A stretch of DNA of 64,000 nucleotides from Pirellula sp. (GTDB taxonomy: Bacteria; Planctomycetota; Planctomycetia; Pirellulales; Pirellulaceae), in the NCBI GenBank assembly GCA_046318275.1, contig JBKCUW010000002.1, forward strand, positions 897 to 64,896, given 5' to 3'. Positions 30,926-40,709 of the stretch are shown in pieces (the stretch's first letter is position 1; each line of letters opens with the position of its first letter). Position numbers and translations under genes: made by a program. The notes under the pieces were generated by a model that was not told where the DNA came from, ran no database searches, and worked only from the letters and a program-made list of their open reading frames with translations.

Positions 30926-32629
30926 CTAGGGTAGCCAGTCCGCAAGCCGCCACGCCATCATCATGACGGTTGCTTGTGGATTGCATCGGACGAGTGTGGG
31001 CATGGCCGAAGCATCACAAACCCATAGACCATCGATGCCTCTTACTCGGAATTGCTCATCCAACGGATCGAGGTCGGTTATTCCGAGCGAGCACGTTCCC
31101 GCGTAATGATAAAGGGTAGTCGCGAATCTCCGAACGAAAAGCTCCAGTACTTTTGCATCAGACCGACGTGCTCCAGGGAGCGATTCCTCGGCAATCCAAT
31201 CGCTCCAGCCGCCACTCTGAAGCAATTCCCTCGTTCGTGAGATCCCTTGGAACCAACCCGACAGATCTTCTGGTTCCGTGACATAAGCGGGGTCGATGTG
31301 CAATGCGATCTCACGATTGTTACTTTCCGATGGACTGTAGCTTTCCGCTGCTCGAAGTGGTTTTACGAAACCTCTGCTTTTCGGTGCAACATGCGTTAAA
31401 CCAAAACTTAAATGTGGAGCGTGAGAAACCAGGTTGGGGTATTCGAGGTAATGCGTGGGTGTGATGTGCCATTGGAAATCGAAGCGTTGTTGAGAGGATG
31501 TGATCGATGCTATATCGGCTGAACTGTCGAAGAACCCCCCAAGCTCAGCGAGATTGGAAGCGCGTGGTCCCGTTCGATTGTGCAGGTAGTTGAGCCGGTC
31601 CACGCGACTTGGAGGATGCGATACCGCGGTCCCGCTATGGAGCCGATAAACCATCGGTAGCACGAGGTGATCCTGAAGGTTCTGGCCCAGTCGAGGCGAG
31701 TCTAAACGATGAGGTACATTGATGGCTTGTAGCTCGTCTCGGGGGCCGATACCGCTGGCAAAGAGAATTCGCGGTGTGCCAAAGGCGCCTGCGCTAAGGA
31801 TAACTCCTCTTTGGGCTTGGATAAAATGTTCCTCCCCATTCATCATGATGCGAACACCAACAGCGCGGTCTTGAGCAAACTCGACCGAGCGTACATGCGT
31901 CGCGTGGAAGCAGGACAATCGATGGCTTCTCGAAAGCGTTTTCGTATGCAATGCGAGCTGTAGTAACCTCCACGCGGAAATGCGGCGGCCGTTTTGCTGC
32001 ATACGCAAGTACGCATCGAATCCAGCGTGAGGGCGATCGAGCCCATGAGGGTAGCTTGAGGCGGTTTGATTCCGGGTGTGGAATCGCTGCAATGCCAATT
32101 GGATCGTGGGATGCAGTTCGGGGACGGACGGCAGGGGCGCGTGGAATGCTGAGTCGTTCTGCGCGGTTATGTCCGTCGCAATTTCTCGTGTCGGTTTGAT
32201 TCGAGTTAGGGAGTCGATCCAATTTCGAACTTGGCTGAATGCCTCACGGCATTGAGGCTCAGACCAACCCCCACCTGCTACTTTGGCCCATTCCTGAAAA
32301 TCCGACGGGGGAGCTTCGATATAGATCATTGCGTTGATGGCAGAGGATCCACCAAGGGCACGACCGGCGGGCAAAGAGATCGAGCGATTCCCTAGACCTG
32401 CTTGAGGGGTGGTTCGGAACGACCAATCCCACGATGTACCGAAAGCGGTCGGGTATTCCGCAGGAACACGCAATCGGTAAGAACGGTCGGGATTGCCCGC
32501 GTCGAGCAGCAAAACGGTCCCTAGGTTGCGGGCAACAATCTGTGCGGCAAGTGTGCAGCCAGCAACACCAGCTCCGACGATGATGTAATCGAAGGGGCCG
32601 GTTGGATCGATTCCGAAGTGCGACTGCAT
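30926..32629 (-). CDS. GMC oxidoreductase (choline dehydrogenase-like)
   Basis: DYIIVGAGVAG, GRALGGSSAINAM, GQNLQDH, YHYAGTC and DAS..P...NP. Confidence 0.9.
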   Translation of the reverse strand: MQSHFGIDPTGPFDYIIVGAGVAGCTLAAQIVARNLGTVLLLDAGNPDRSYRLRVPAEYPTAFGTSWDWSFRTTPQAGLGNRSISLPAGRALGGSSAINAMIYIEAPPSDFQEWAKVAGGGWSEPQCREAFSQVRNWIDSLTRIKPTREIATDITAQNDSAFHAPLPSVPELHPTIQLALQRFHTRNQTASSYPHGLDRPHAGFDAYLRMQQNGRRISAWRLLQLALHTKTLSRSHRLSCFHATHVRSVEFAQDRAVGVRIMMNGEEHFIQAQRGVILSAGAFGTPRILFASGIGPRDELQAINVPHRLDSPRLGQNLQDHLVLPMVYRLHSGTAVSHPPSRVDRLNYLHNRTGPRASNLAELGGFFDSSADIASITSSQQRFDFQWHITPTHYLEYPNLVSHAPHLSFGLTHVAPKSRGFVKPLRAAESYSPSESNNREIALHIDPAYVTEPEDLSGWFQGISRTRELLQSGGWSDWIAEESLPGARRSDAKVLELFVRRFATTLYHYAGTCSLGITDLDPLDEQFRVRGIDGLWVCDASAMPTLVRCNPQATVMMMAWRLADWLP

Positions 32630-32683
32630 ACATCCCTTTGTCTGTCAATTTTCGCGGCTTACGCGGTGCCTTTGGAATGGGGA

Positions 32684-33439
32684 TCAGTAGTCCAAGCTCG
32701 CGCCGCCGTCGACGTGAAGTCCTTGGCCGGTGATGAAACTGCTGTCCTCGGTTGCCAGGAACAAGCAGACTCGGCCAATCTCTTCGATGTCTGCCATGCG
32801 GCCGATCGGCTGGAGAGCAGCGATACGCGATAGGGCTGCGTCTGGATCGGGTAAACTCGAAGCCCAATCTCGCATGAGAGGGGTATCTACATTGCTCGGC
32901 AGGACTGCATTGACGCGAATGCCAAAGTCGGCGCATTCGAGAGCGAGAGATTTCGTGAAGGAGAGTTGGGCGCCTTTGCTGGCTGCATAAGCGGTAGAGT
33001 TGCGCTGTCCGAGAACAGCGGTCATGCTACTGATATTCACAATGGTGCCGCGAGTTTCCTTCAGATGCGGGAGCGCGTAGTAGCACATAGCATAGGTGCT
33101 GAGGAAATTTACCCGCAGCACATCCATCACTTTTTCGGGACTCATTTTTTCAAGCGGCGTGTCTGGTGGGTGAATACCTGCATTGTTGATGACACAATCG
33201 ATGCGGCCGAAGGTTGCGATGGTTTTATCGACAGCGGCTCGAATCTGCTCTTCGACGGCGACATCTGCAGCGATCGCGGCATGGTTGCCCAAAAGGGAGC
33301 TTGCGAGCGACTCCGCAGCCGATGCATCGCGATCGACAATCGCAACGTGCGCGCCTTCCTTGGCAAACACCCGGCAGCACCCGGCTCCGATCCCTCGAGC
33401 ACCACCTGTAACCAGCACGACTCTTTCAGAAAAACGCAT
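32684..33439 (-). CDS. SDR oxidoreductase, HSD17B14/L-fucose dehydrogenase-like
   Basis: TGGARGIG, NNAGIHPP, YAASK and QPIGRM. Confidence 0.88.
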   Translation of the reverse strand: MRFSERVVLVTGGARGIGAGCCRVFAKEGAHVAIVDRDASAAESLASSLLGNHAAIAADVAVEEQIRAAVDKTIATFGRIDCVINNAGIHPPDTPLEKMSPEKVMDVLRVNFLSTYAMCYYALPHLKETRGTIVNISSMTAVLGQRNSTAYAASKGAQLSFTKSLALECADFGIRVNAVLPSNVDTPLMRDWASSLPDPDAALSRIAALQPIGRMADIEEIGRVCLFLATEDSSFITGQGLHVDGGASLDY

Positions 33440-33585
33440 GAATTTCCTCGCTTGAAATTTGGTGGTTCAACGACGCGCCCTCCCGTTTCCGATTGCTTAT
33501 CAGCGGTGCAAGCTTTATCGTTTCTAGGTGGAATATGATATCAGCCCACGCCGTTTTGTGGGTCTTTCGGCAAAGGAATCGAACA

Positions 33586-35607
33586 GTGTCTCAATCGCTC
33601 AGAGTCTTGCCCTCGGTTTGCGCCCTCGATTGTCCGGATGCGTGCGCGTTGCATATCACCGTTGATGGGGACCGCGTTGTCGATCTCAACGGCGATCCTG
33701 CACATCCGATCACCCGCGGTTTTGCTTGCGTGAAGACGGCTCGTTACCCCGAGAGGCAAGAGCAATCGGATCGATTGTTGGTTCCGATGCGGCGTGTCGG
33801 TCCGAAGGGAGTTGGTCGCTTTGAGCCTGTATCGTGGGACAATGCGATCGAAGAGATCGCCGAAAAGTTAAAAGCGATCATCGATCGGCACGGAGCGCAG
33901 TCGGTGCTTCCCTACCATTACGGTGGCACCATGGGAGTGATTCAAGGGGACACACCCAAAGCGTTTTTTCGCGCCATTGGTGCATTGGAACTCGATCAAA
34001 CCATTTGTGCGACAACAGGTGGGGCTGCGTGGGAGGCCAATTATGGCCCGAACAAACTATCTACGGATCCCGAAGATTTAGTGCATGCTCGGTACATTGT
34101 CCTTTGGGGGATCAATGCCCTACGCAGCAATTCGCATCTCGCACCCATCTTAAAAGAGGCTCGAAAACAGGGAGCCAAAATTCTGCATATCGATCCGTAT
34201 CGGAATGAGACCTCTCGTTTTGCCGATGAGCATTGGCAGATTCGAGTAGGTACGGATGCTGCCCTGGCGTTGGCGATCGGCGGCGAGATCTTGCGGCAAG
34301 GCTTGCAAGACGACGCGTATCTAAAGTCGTATGCATACGGACTCGAGGAGTACCAGCGAGCATGTATGGAATGGCCCTTGGAACGAGCAGCCGAGTATTG
34401 CGATGTGCCACTTGATCGCCTTCGTGCCATGGTTCATGACTATGCAACCTCCGAGGTTAGCTTTATCAAGGTCGGGTATGGGATGACCCGGAATGAAGGT
34501 GGAGGGAACGCTCTTCGCGCAATTACCCTGCTTCCTGCATTATTGGGAGCATGGTGCCAGCAAGGTGGCGGTGCCGCTATGTCGACAAGCGGTGCGTTTC
34601 AGCTCCAGCGTGATCGGGTGACCGGCATGCATCTTGCGTCAACGACAGCTCGCAAGGTGAATATGAATTGCTTGGCTTCGGAGTTGGAACGGCAACAAGA
34701 TCCCATTCGTGCGATGTTCGTCTTCAACAGCAATCCGGCTGCGGTGGCTCCGGATTCCTCGAGGATCCGAAAAGGGCTCGCACGCGATGATTTATTCACC
34801 GTGGTGTTGGAGCATTTTCAAACGGATACGGCGGATTATGCGGATTTTCTATTGCCGGCAACGACATTCCTGGAACATGCGGACGTGTACACCTCGTATG
34901 GTCACTACTATCTCCAGTATGCCGATCCGGTGGTAAAGCCTCGCGGTCAGGCGAAAAGCAATCGATGGTTCTTTGAGCAGTTGTCCAAAAAGTTGGGGCT
35001 CACGGATCCTTGTCTCTATTGGAACACCAAGCAGTTGCTCGACGAATTATTGGATTCGCCGAATCCTTGGTTGCGGGGGATCGACTCGGAACGTTTGACG
35101 CGGGAACGCTCGGTCAAATTGCAACTTCCATCCCCATTTTTACCCTACGCTGCGGGTAGTAATTTTCCCGATGGCAAGATTCGCTTTAGTCCCGCCCCAT
35201 CGCAATTGACGTTCGAAGAGCAACCTGACAACGAGTATCCGCTTCGCTTGATCTCTCCGCCAGGTGCTGTGGTCGTCAACACGACGATGGGCAATGTGCC
35301 CAGTATCATCAAGCAAGCTGGCGGGGAACCTCACGTGATCCTGCATCCAAGCGATGCAGCACGATTTGGGATTTCGCATCAGTCCAGGATACGAATCACG
35401 AGCAAAACCGGAAGTATTCTGCGCAAGGCTATCGTGAGCGAGGATTCGCGACCAGGAGTGTTGATCGCAGTGGGGCAATGGTGGCCTAAACTTGCTCCTG
35501 ATCGCAAGAGTTTGAACGACATCACCAGCGAGCGACTGACCGATCTTGGGGGAGGTAGTACGTTCGGAAATCCTGTGGTTCGAGTCGAGGCCCTTCCGCA
35601 AAATTGA
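33586..35607 (+). CDS. molybdopterin (bis-MGD) oxidoreductase with N-terminal Fe-S motif (YyaE-like)
   Basis: CALDCPDAC...GFACVK, TDTADYADFLLPA and a C-terminal molydop-binding LHP.DA. GTG 33586 follows AAAGGA. Confidence 0.9.
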   Translation: MSQSLRVLPSVCALDCPDACALHITVDGDRVVDLNGDPAHPITRGFACVKTARYPERQEQSDRLLVPMRRVGPKGVGRFEPVSWDNAIEEIAEKLKAIIDRHGAQSVLPYHYGGTMGVIQGDTPKAFFRAIGALELDQTICATTGGAAWEANYGPNKLSTDPEDLVHARYIVLWGINALRSNSHLAPILKEARKQGAKILHIDPYRNETSRFADEHWQIRVGTDAALALAIGGEILRQGLQDDAYLKSYAYGLEEYQRACMEWPLERAAEYCDVPLDRLRAMVHDYATSEVSFIKVGYGMTRNEGGGNALRAITLLPALLGAWCQQGGGAAMSTSGAFQLQRDRVTGMHLASTTARKVNMNCLASELERQQDPIRAMFVFNSNPAAVAPDSSRIRKGLARDDLFTVVLEHFQTDTADYADFLLPATTFLEHADVYTSYGHYYLQYADPVVKPRGQAKSNRWFFEQLSKKLGLTDPCLYWNTKQLLDELLDSPNPWLRGIDSERLTRERSVKLQLPSPFLPYAAGSNFPDGKIRFSPAPSQLTFEEQPDNEYPLRLISPPGAVVVNTTMGNVPSIIKQAGGEPHVILHPSDAARFGISHQSRIRITSKTGSILRKAIVSEDSRPGVLIAVGQWWPKLAPDRKSLNDITSERLTDLGGGSTFGNPVVRVEALPQN

Positions 35608-35746
35608 TCGTTGGCCGAAAGAAGATTCGCTCCGCAGAAAAAACAACTCGCGAAGGCTTTAAGCAGGATCGGCAGAGGCAAATGTGAGTTTCCGGTCCTC
35701 TGATATCTGCATATCTGCTTATCTGCTGAAAACTAAGGGGATATCG

Positions 35747-37024
35747 TTATCGGCGGGTGACCCATCGGATAACGAATGCATCATTGAAATCGATGTCCGG
35801 TTGGCCGCTGCGAAATTCGAGTTTTCGCCCGAAGACATAGCCCATCTCGATGGCAGAGATGTTCCCTCCAGAGGTAATGCGTTCATGCCCGAACAGCCAT
35901 TCTAAATCGCTATACGTGATGACATCGTTGACGTCGCCTGGCATTTCGATATCCCACGTTCCACCTCCGAGCAATCCAGCGGTGTACAAACGTTGCCCGC
36001 CATCCAAGGCATATTGGACGCGGGGTCTGGGGAAGACCACGTCGGCACGCCAACGAGGGATGTTCGGGTTGTGCCAGGAATACCCCATGACGGGTAGTAT
36101 TTTGTAGTCGTCGCGATTCAAGTAATCGACGCCTCCGACGATATCCAAGGTGTCGTTCACATGGAGCATACCCACGGCATGACCGAGGGCTCGTACGCCA
36201 TCGCGTGCGCTGTCTTCAAAATCACTGTAAACACCGATGTTCGCCGCAACATCGTAGCTAAATCGATCCGCAAAGGTATCGCGCGCTTGATAGCCTAAAA
36301 TGAAATCCCAAAGTCGCGGTGGCAGTGGGGCGGAATTCGGCCCTGAAAGGAGATGCAATCCCATCGCTGTTGTTAGGCCTGAACTTTGCCCGCGAGGGAG
36401 ATAGGGAGTCGTTTGGAAATCAATCCAACCAAACTGATCGCCGTCGCCAGGCATGTAGTCGGCGAGCGATGCGCGATCTCTGTAGATTGTATACCGGGGT
36501 TTTGGAAGCGTTTTCTGCCAAAGGAGAGGTTCCCCGGTTTCTGATCCGTCGATCGTTTTCAGCTCGTTCATGTCGATGTGATCGGGGAGTTCGAACCCCT
36601 CGAGGGCGACCGGTTTGCCACCGAGAGTCTGATCGGTCGGTCGATCCAAGGACGAGGTATCTGGTTCCATCAGTCGCAACCACTCGGATGTCGAGAGCGG
36701 TTGTGCTGCATCCGAGCTCAAAGTGCCGCTTCCAAAGGAGCCCGTAACGCCGCTCCCTACAATGGCTGGTGCAGCAGATTGGGGTGGGGGTAGCGTTGGA
36801 AGGTCTCCCACAGTTGTGTGTTGATTCGTCGACAGAGGTGAACCAGACTCCCCCCAACTTGCGTTGTACGAAGGGGGGGGTAGTGAACCCAGGTGCGGGT
36901 CGGAGTATTGCTGGCTAAAGAGAATCGCAGGATTTGAAGCCGTGAGAAGCCAAAGAACAACGACGAGAACAATGCTAGTTTTGTTCAGGTAGCGGAACCC
37001 TTTGGGCAATCTTGAAGGAGGCAT
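35747..37024 (-). CDS. outer-membrane beta-barrel protein (DUF6268-like)
   Basis: Signal peptide, Pro-rich linker, amphipathic beta strands, PPRLWDF and a basic C-terminus. Confidence 0.65.
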   Translation of the reverse strand: MPPSRLPKGFRYLNKTSIVLVVVLWLLTASNPAILFSQQYSDPHLGSLPPPSYNASWGESGSPLSTNQHTTVGDLPTLPPPQSAAPAIVGSGVTGSFGSGTLSSDAAQPLSTSEWLRLMEPDTSSLDRPTDQTLGGKPVALEGFELPDHIDMNELKTIDGSETGEPLLWQKTLPKPRYTIYRDRASLADYMPGDGDQFGWIDFQTTPYLPRGQSSGLTTAMGLHLLSGPNSAPLPPRLWDFILGYQARDTFADRFSYDVAANIGVYSDFEDSARDGVRALGHAVGMLHVNDTLDIVGGVDYLNRDDYKILPVMGYSWHNPNIPRWRADVVFPRPRVQYALDGGQRLYTAGLLGGGTWDIEMPGDVNDVITYSDLEWLFGHERITSGGNISAIEMGYVFGRKLEFRSGQPDIDFNDAFVIRWVTRR

Positions 37025-37344
37025 ATGACCCTGGTGCAAACGTAATGAGCGTTAGAGTCCCATCAGATAGCACCTTCATCGTCCAACTTCAATAGATTCC
37101 TGAGACAATCCTGTTGGTAGTTGCGAAGGGGGGAAAGCTGGGCAGGATGCCGAACCCCGCGTCGCGGAAACGAAGGTAGAAAACGGGGATAGGCAAGGCA
37201 AAAGTAATCCGTTTGATTTCCAACAGTCGAATAAACCAACGGTTGGATTACGAAACGCTACAATCAATCGCGTTCCCACCCTTTAACGTTCCCACCCAAT
37301 ACTAGGGATCCTGGGGAGACGGTGCATTTCCGCACCCGAGTTGC

Positions 37345-38970
37345 ATGCAAATGGTTTGTTTGAACGAGTCGACCGTGGGCGAACCCCGACGAAAAACCAA
37401 TCCTCTGACGAGCACATCGATCCGGTTGTGGCTGGGATGTTTCCTGTTTTCTTTCCCTGCTGGATTGCTTGCTCAGGATCGATCGCAACCCTTGCAGCGG
37501 TTCACCGTCCCTCTTGCGATGCAAGGCATCGCCATTGCGCCGGATTCTAGCAATTTGGTTGTATGGGGATCCGAGACCGAATCCGTCGGCCAAGGCGATA
37601 AGCCTGCGGCTTTGTTTTATCGCGTCATAAACCTGGCCACCAAGGAAACTTCGGGCAATTTCCCGTTGAACCATCCACCGCTGTTGATCGCAATTCAAGC
37701 GAACTGGATTGTGTTTTGCAGTGACCAGAAAAAGGTGACGGTAGCTAACCGATCAGACCTTTCCATGGCTCAAGCCTTTGTGTTGGAGAGCCAACCATTG
37801 GACATGAAAGTATCCGGAGATATCTTGGTTGTTCAGTCGTCGCAAGGTGTCGAGGTCTATTCACTGACGCAAAAGAGATTGATTCGTACCCAGCGCAATA
37901 GTCGACAGTCGTTGATGGCAACGAAACAGCGAGTTTTGACTCCGTCAGGCAATTATGTGGATCCGTGTTTGTACGATGACAAGCTCGATTGCAAGCTGAT
38001 TGTAGCATCGCCCACCACCATTTCGTTATCCAAGCCCACCTTTCGTTCGTTAGCAAATGAGGTCTTACGAGCTCATGAGCAGCTACCTACGAACGATCGA
38101 CGGGGACGTTTGCGAAGCGAGAATTACGATATCGATGCAGTGGATGGGCATCTTTACCACAGCCCCATAGTCTTGCCTGGCCATGCGGGTTTCGTGGAAT
38201 TGAGAGCGCCTATTCATTGGTTCAAGGATTCTCAAGCCAACAAAAAGGGCTTCCAATTTGAGTTGTTGCTCGACACGATCTTACCCGAATCATCGAACAG
38301 AAATCGACAGGTTCTGATCCAGGGTGAGCGTCCTGGAAATGCATCGAGACCGATTCCTCTCATGGTGATCAATGATATTGGCGATTTGGTCGTAGCTGTG
38401 GATAGCGAATTGATTTGCACACGCTTTGAACGATCGAGTGGTCAGGAGCCGTTGGCATGGGATTTTCAGCAGTCTGCGTTTGTGCTCGATCCTTCTGGCA
38501 CCACACGCCTCCGGCATTCTATTCGAGGCGGCGTATTGCCATATCGATTTACAATGCACCATGACATTGCCGGCATCACCTTGTCCGAGGATAGCGGTGA
38601 CATTACGGTGGACAACGAGATGCTAAAAAATACATGCGCGATGGATTTTGCAAAAAAGTTAAGGGCTGTGGATGGCAAGCCTGGGATAACGCCTCAGGAT
38701 ATCCTCGGAAAGGTCGTCGGCGACTGTGAAACATTGAAGCAGAGGATAGGCATACCGCTATTAGTGGATCTTCCGATTTCGGTTCCGATCGATCTTTCTG
38801 TCTGCGATGCCGCGAATACAAGGATTCCTATCCGCTATTTTGTGATCGCCACAGTACCACTTGAGAGCATCGATCACCCGTACACATCGGACGAACTAAC
38901 GCGGCTCAATCACCGCATCAGTGCGATCGAAAAAGAAATTTCTTCCTTAAAGTCGGATTCGCGAAAGTAG
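37345..38970 (+). CDS. secreted beta-propeller/Ig-like protein, paralog 1
   Basis: Signal peptide, propeller-like N-terminus, HSIRGGVLPYRF..SGDITVD domain and a terminal coiled coil. Confidence 0.7.
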   Translation: MQMVCLNESTVGEPRRKTNPLTSTSIRLWLGCFLFSFPAGLLAQDRSQPLQRFTVPLAMQGIAIAPDSSNLVVWGSETESVGQGDKPAALFYRVINLATKETSGNFPLNHPPLLIAIQANWIVFCSDQKKVTVANRSDLSMAQAFVLESQPLDMKVSGDILVVQSSQGVEVYSLTQKRLIRTQRNSRQSLMATKQRVLTPSGNYVDPCLYDDKLDCKLIVASPTTISLSKPTFRSLANEVLRAHEQLPTNDRRGRLRSENYDIDAVDGHLYHSPIVLPGHAGFVELRAPIHWFKDSQANKKGFQFELLLDTILPESSNRNRQVLIQGERPGNASRPIPLMVINDIGDLVVAVDSELICTRFERSSGQEPLAWDFQQSAFVLDPSGTTRLRHSIRGGVLPYRFTMHHDIAGITLSEDSGDITVDNEMLKNTCAMDFAKKLRAVDGKPGITPQDILGKVVGDCETLKQRIGIPLLVDLPISVPIDLSVCDAANTRIPIRYFVIATVPLESIDHPYTSDELTRLNHRISAIEKEISSLKSDSRK

Positions 38971-38987
38971 TCCCGTAACGAAAAAAT

Positions 38988-40709
38988 ATGCTGACTCACC
39001 GACAGCGATTACCAATGAGTTTGTTATATCGAGTCGACCCGATCGCGGTCGGATGGACCAGTCGATACTCTATGATCGCATGGCTCGTGGTCGTTCAGTC
39101 TATCCTAGGTTCCGTGCCGTCGGTATTCGTTCAATCGGGATTCGCCCAATCGAGCGATAGACCTGAAGTCACCTCCTCCGCAAACCAGTTTGTGATTGCG
39201 GAGGTTCCTTTGCCGATCCAAGGACTCGCGGTTCATCCCAATAAGCATAAGGTTGCAGTTTGGTATCGCGAGCCTCAGATGCGAGATAGTGGTATAGATC
39301 TGACGCAGCACACCACAAAGCTCGCTATCATCGACTTGAAAAGTCCGCAACAGCGAAATGAAGTTGAATTAGGCATGCAGCCGAAGCAAGTCTGCTGGGT
39401 GGATAGCGAGTTAGCGATCATCTATCCAAAGTTGAGAAAGCTCGAGGTGTACCGCGAGCAAGACTTAGCACAGGTTCGGGTATTTCGATTGCCGTTCCCG
39501 ATTCGGCAAATGGTGTTTCGAAACCAATCGCTCTTGCTTCAATCGGAGTCGGACGATATCAGCGGCGATGATATCGTAATCTTTGACACCCCGAGTTTTA
39601 AACGACTCTCCAGTCCTGTTTCCCTGTTGAAATCTAGGATCGAAACGGTTGGGATCAGCACCAGCCAAGGTTCGCTCTGGCTGAATGATCGCTTGCAAGT
39701 GATTTCAAGTCGATCCAGCGAAGGGATCCCGATCCTGCAACAAAGAGTGGTTGAGTCGATTCGAGGAGATGTGGAAGGGTTGCCAAACGGTACCAGCAAT
39801 GGTGTGAGAGTTTCTAGTATCGACTCTGGGAATATTTTTCAGTTCGGTCCTGTCTCTCCACCGAATGGGTATGCGCCAATAGTAGCGTACACCGCAACAG
39901 TTCCTTTTTCCGATCCTCCCTTAGTCGATGTTTCGCTGGACTTTCCAACGAGCTCCGTAGATACAAGAAAGCTTTTTCGTTACCGTGAATCGCGATTTCC
40001 TTTCAAGATCGACGCGTCGTCACTCCACTTGCATGCAAATGCAATCGGTGGGATTGCGATTGGGACCGGGGCAGTGGTTGCGTACACACGAAATCCGCTC
40101 TTTCCCGTCAAAACTTCGCCGATGATTTGGGATCATTCCCAAACAACTTTGTTTTTAGATACCTTGCAAGCGCAGACAAAATTGACCCACACGATCTCTG
40201 GTGGTGTTGCGCCCTACAATTACCAATTAGTTTCGGATTACCTGTTCTGTACAGTGGAAGCAGCGACAGGGGATGTGCGGATGGATAACTCGATGGCACG
40301 AGAGCAAGGGCTCAACGCGCTCTTGCAGGTCGCTCGTAAGAGCGCCGCCGATGGGAAGAATCTTGAGGAATTTCTCGAGGGGCTTTACGGACGAGAGTCG
40401 ATAGTGCGCAGTTTGCTTTCCATCGGAAAGAACCAGATCCTTGTAAACATACCGATAAAGTTGACGGCTACCGACTCGGAAGGAACTGAGATAGTAATTC
40501 AGTATGCTTTGTACGACAGCATCCCAGTGGAAACTGTCGAAGGTGAATTGCAGAGAATTTTCAGCGATCCCATTCTTGTGAGTAAGAAGGACACTGCGAT
40601 TAAGAAGCCTGGGGTAAGTGCGCCGCCTGTGAAGTTGAAAGCGCTTCAGTCCAAGCTGGAGCGACTGGAGTCTGAACTAAAAAGTATTCGGGAAGGTTCC
40701 AGACGCTGA
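38988..40709 (+). CDS. secreted beta-propeller/Ig-like protein, paralog 2
   Basis: Same layout: HTISGGVAPYNY..TGDVRMD and a terminal coiled coil. Confidence 0.7.
   Translation: MLTHRQRLPMSLLYRVDPIAVGWTSRYSMIAWLVVVQSILGSVPSVFVQSGFAQSSDRPEVTSSANQFVIAEVPLPIQGLAVHPNKHKVAVWYREPQMRDSGIDLTQHTTKLAIIDLKSPQQRNEVELGMQPKQVCWVDSELAIIYPKLRKLEVYREQDLAQVRVFRLPFPIRQMVFRNQSLLLQSESDDISGDDIVIFDTPSFKRLSSPVSLLKSRIETVGISTSQGSLWLNDRLQVISSRSSEGIPILQQRVVESIRGDVEGLPNGTSNGVRVSSIDSGNIFQFGPVSPPNGYAPIVAYTATVPFSDPPLVDVSLDFPTSSVDTRKLFRYRESRFPFKIDASSLHLHANAIGGIAIGTGAVVAYTRNPLFPVKTSPMIWDHSQTTLFLDTLQAQTKLTHTISGGVAPYNYQLVSDYLFCTVEAATGDVRMDNSMAREQGLNALLQVARKSAADGKNLEEFLEGLYGRESIVRSLLSIGKNQILVNIPIKLTATDSEGTEIVIQYALYDSIPVETVEGELQRIFSDPILVSKKDTAIKKPGVSAPPVKLKALQSKLERLESELKSIREGSRR

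Noticed and set aside
36873-36880. G8 homopolymer near the 5' end of the OM barrel gene as a phase-variation tract
   Set aside because: The tract is short and explained by Pro codons, and the frame is intact.
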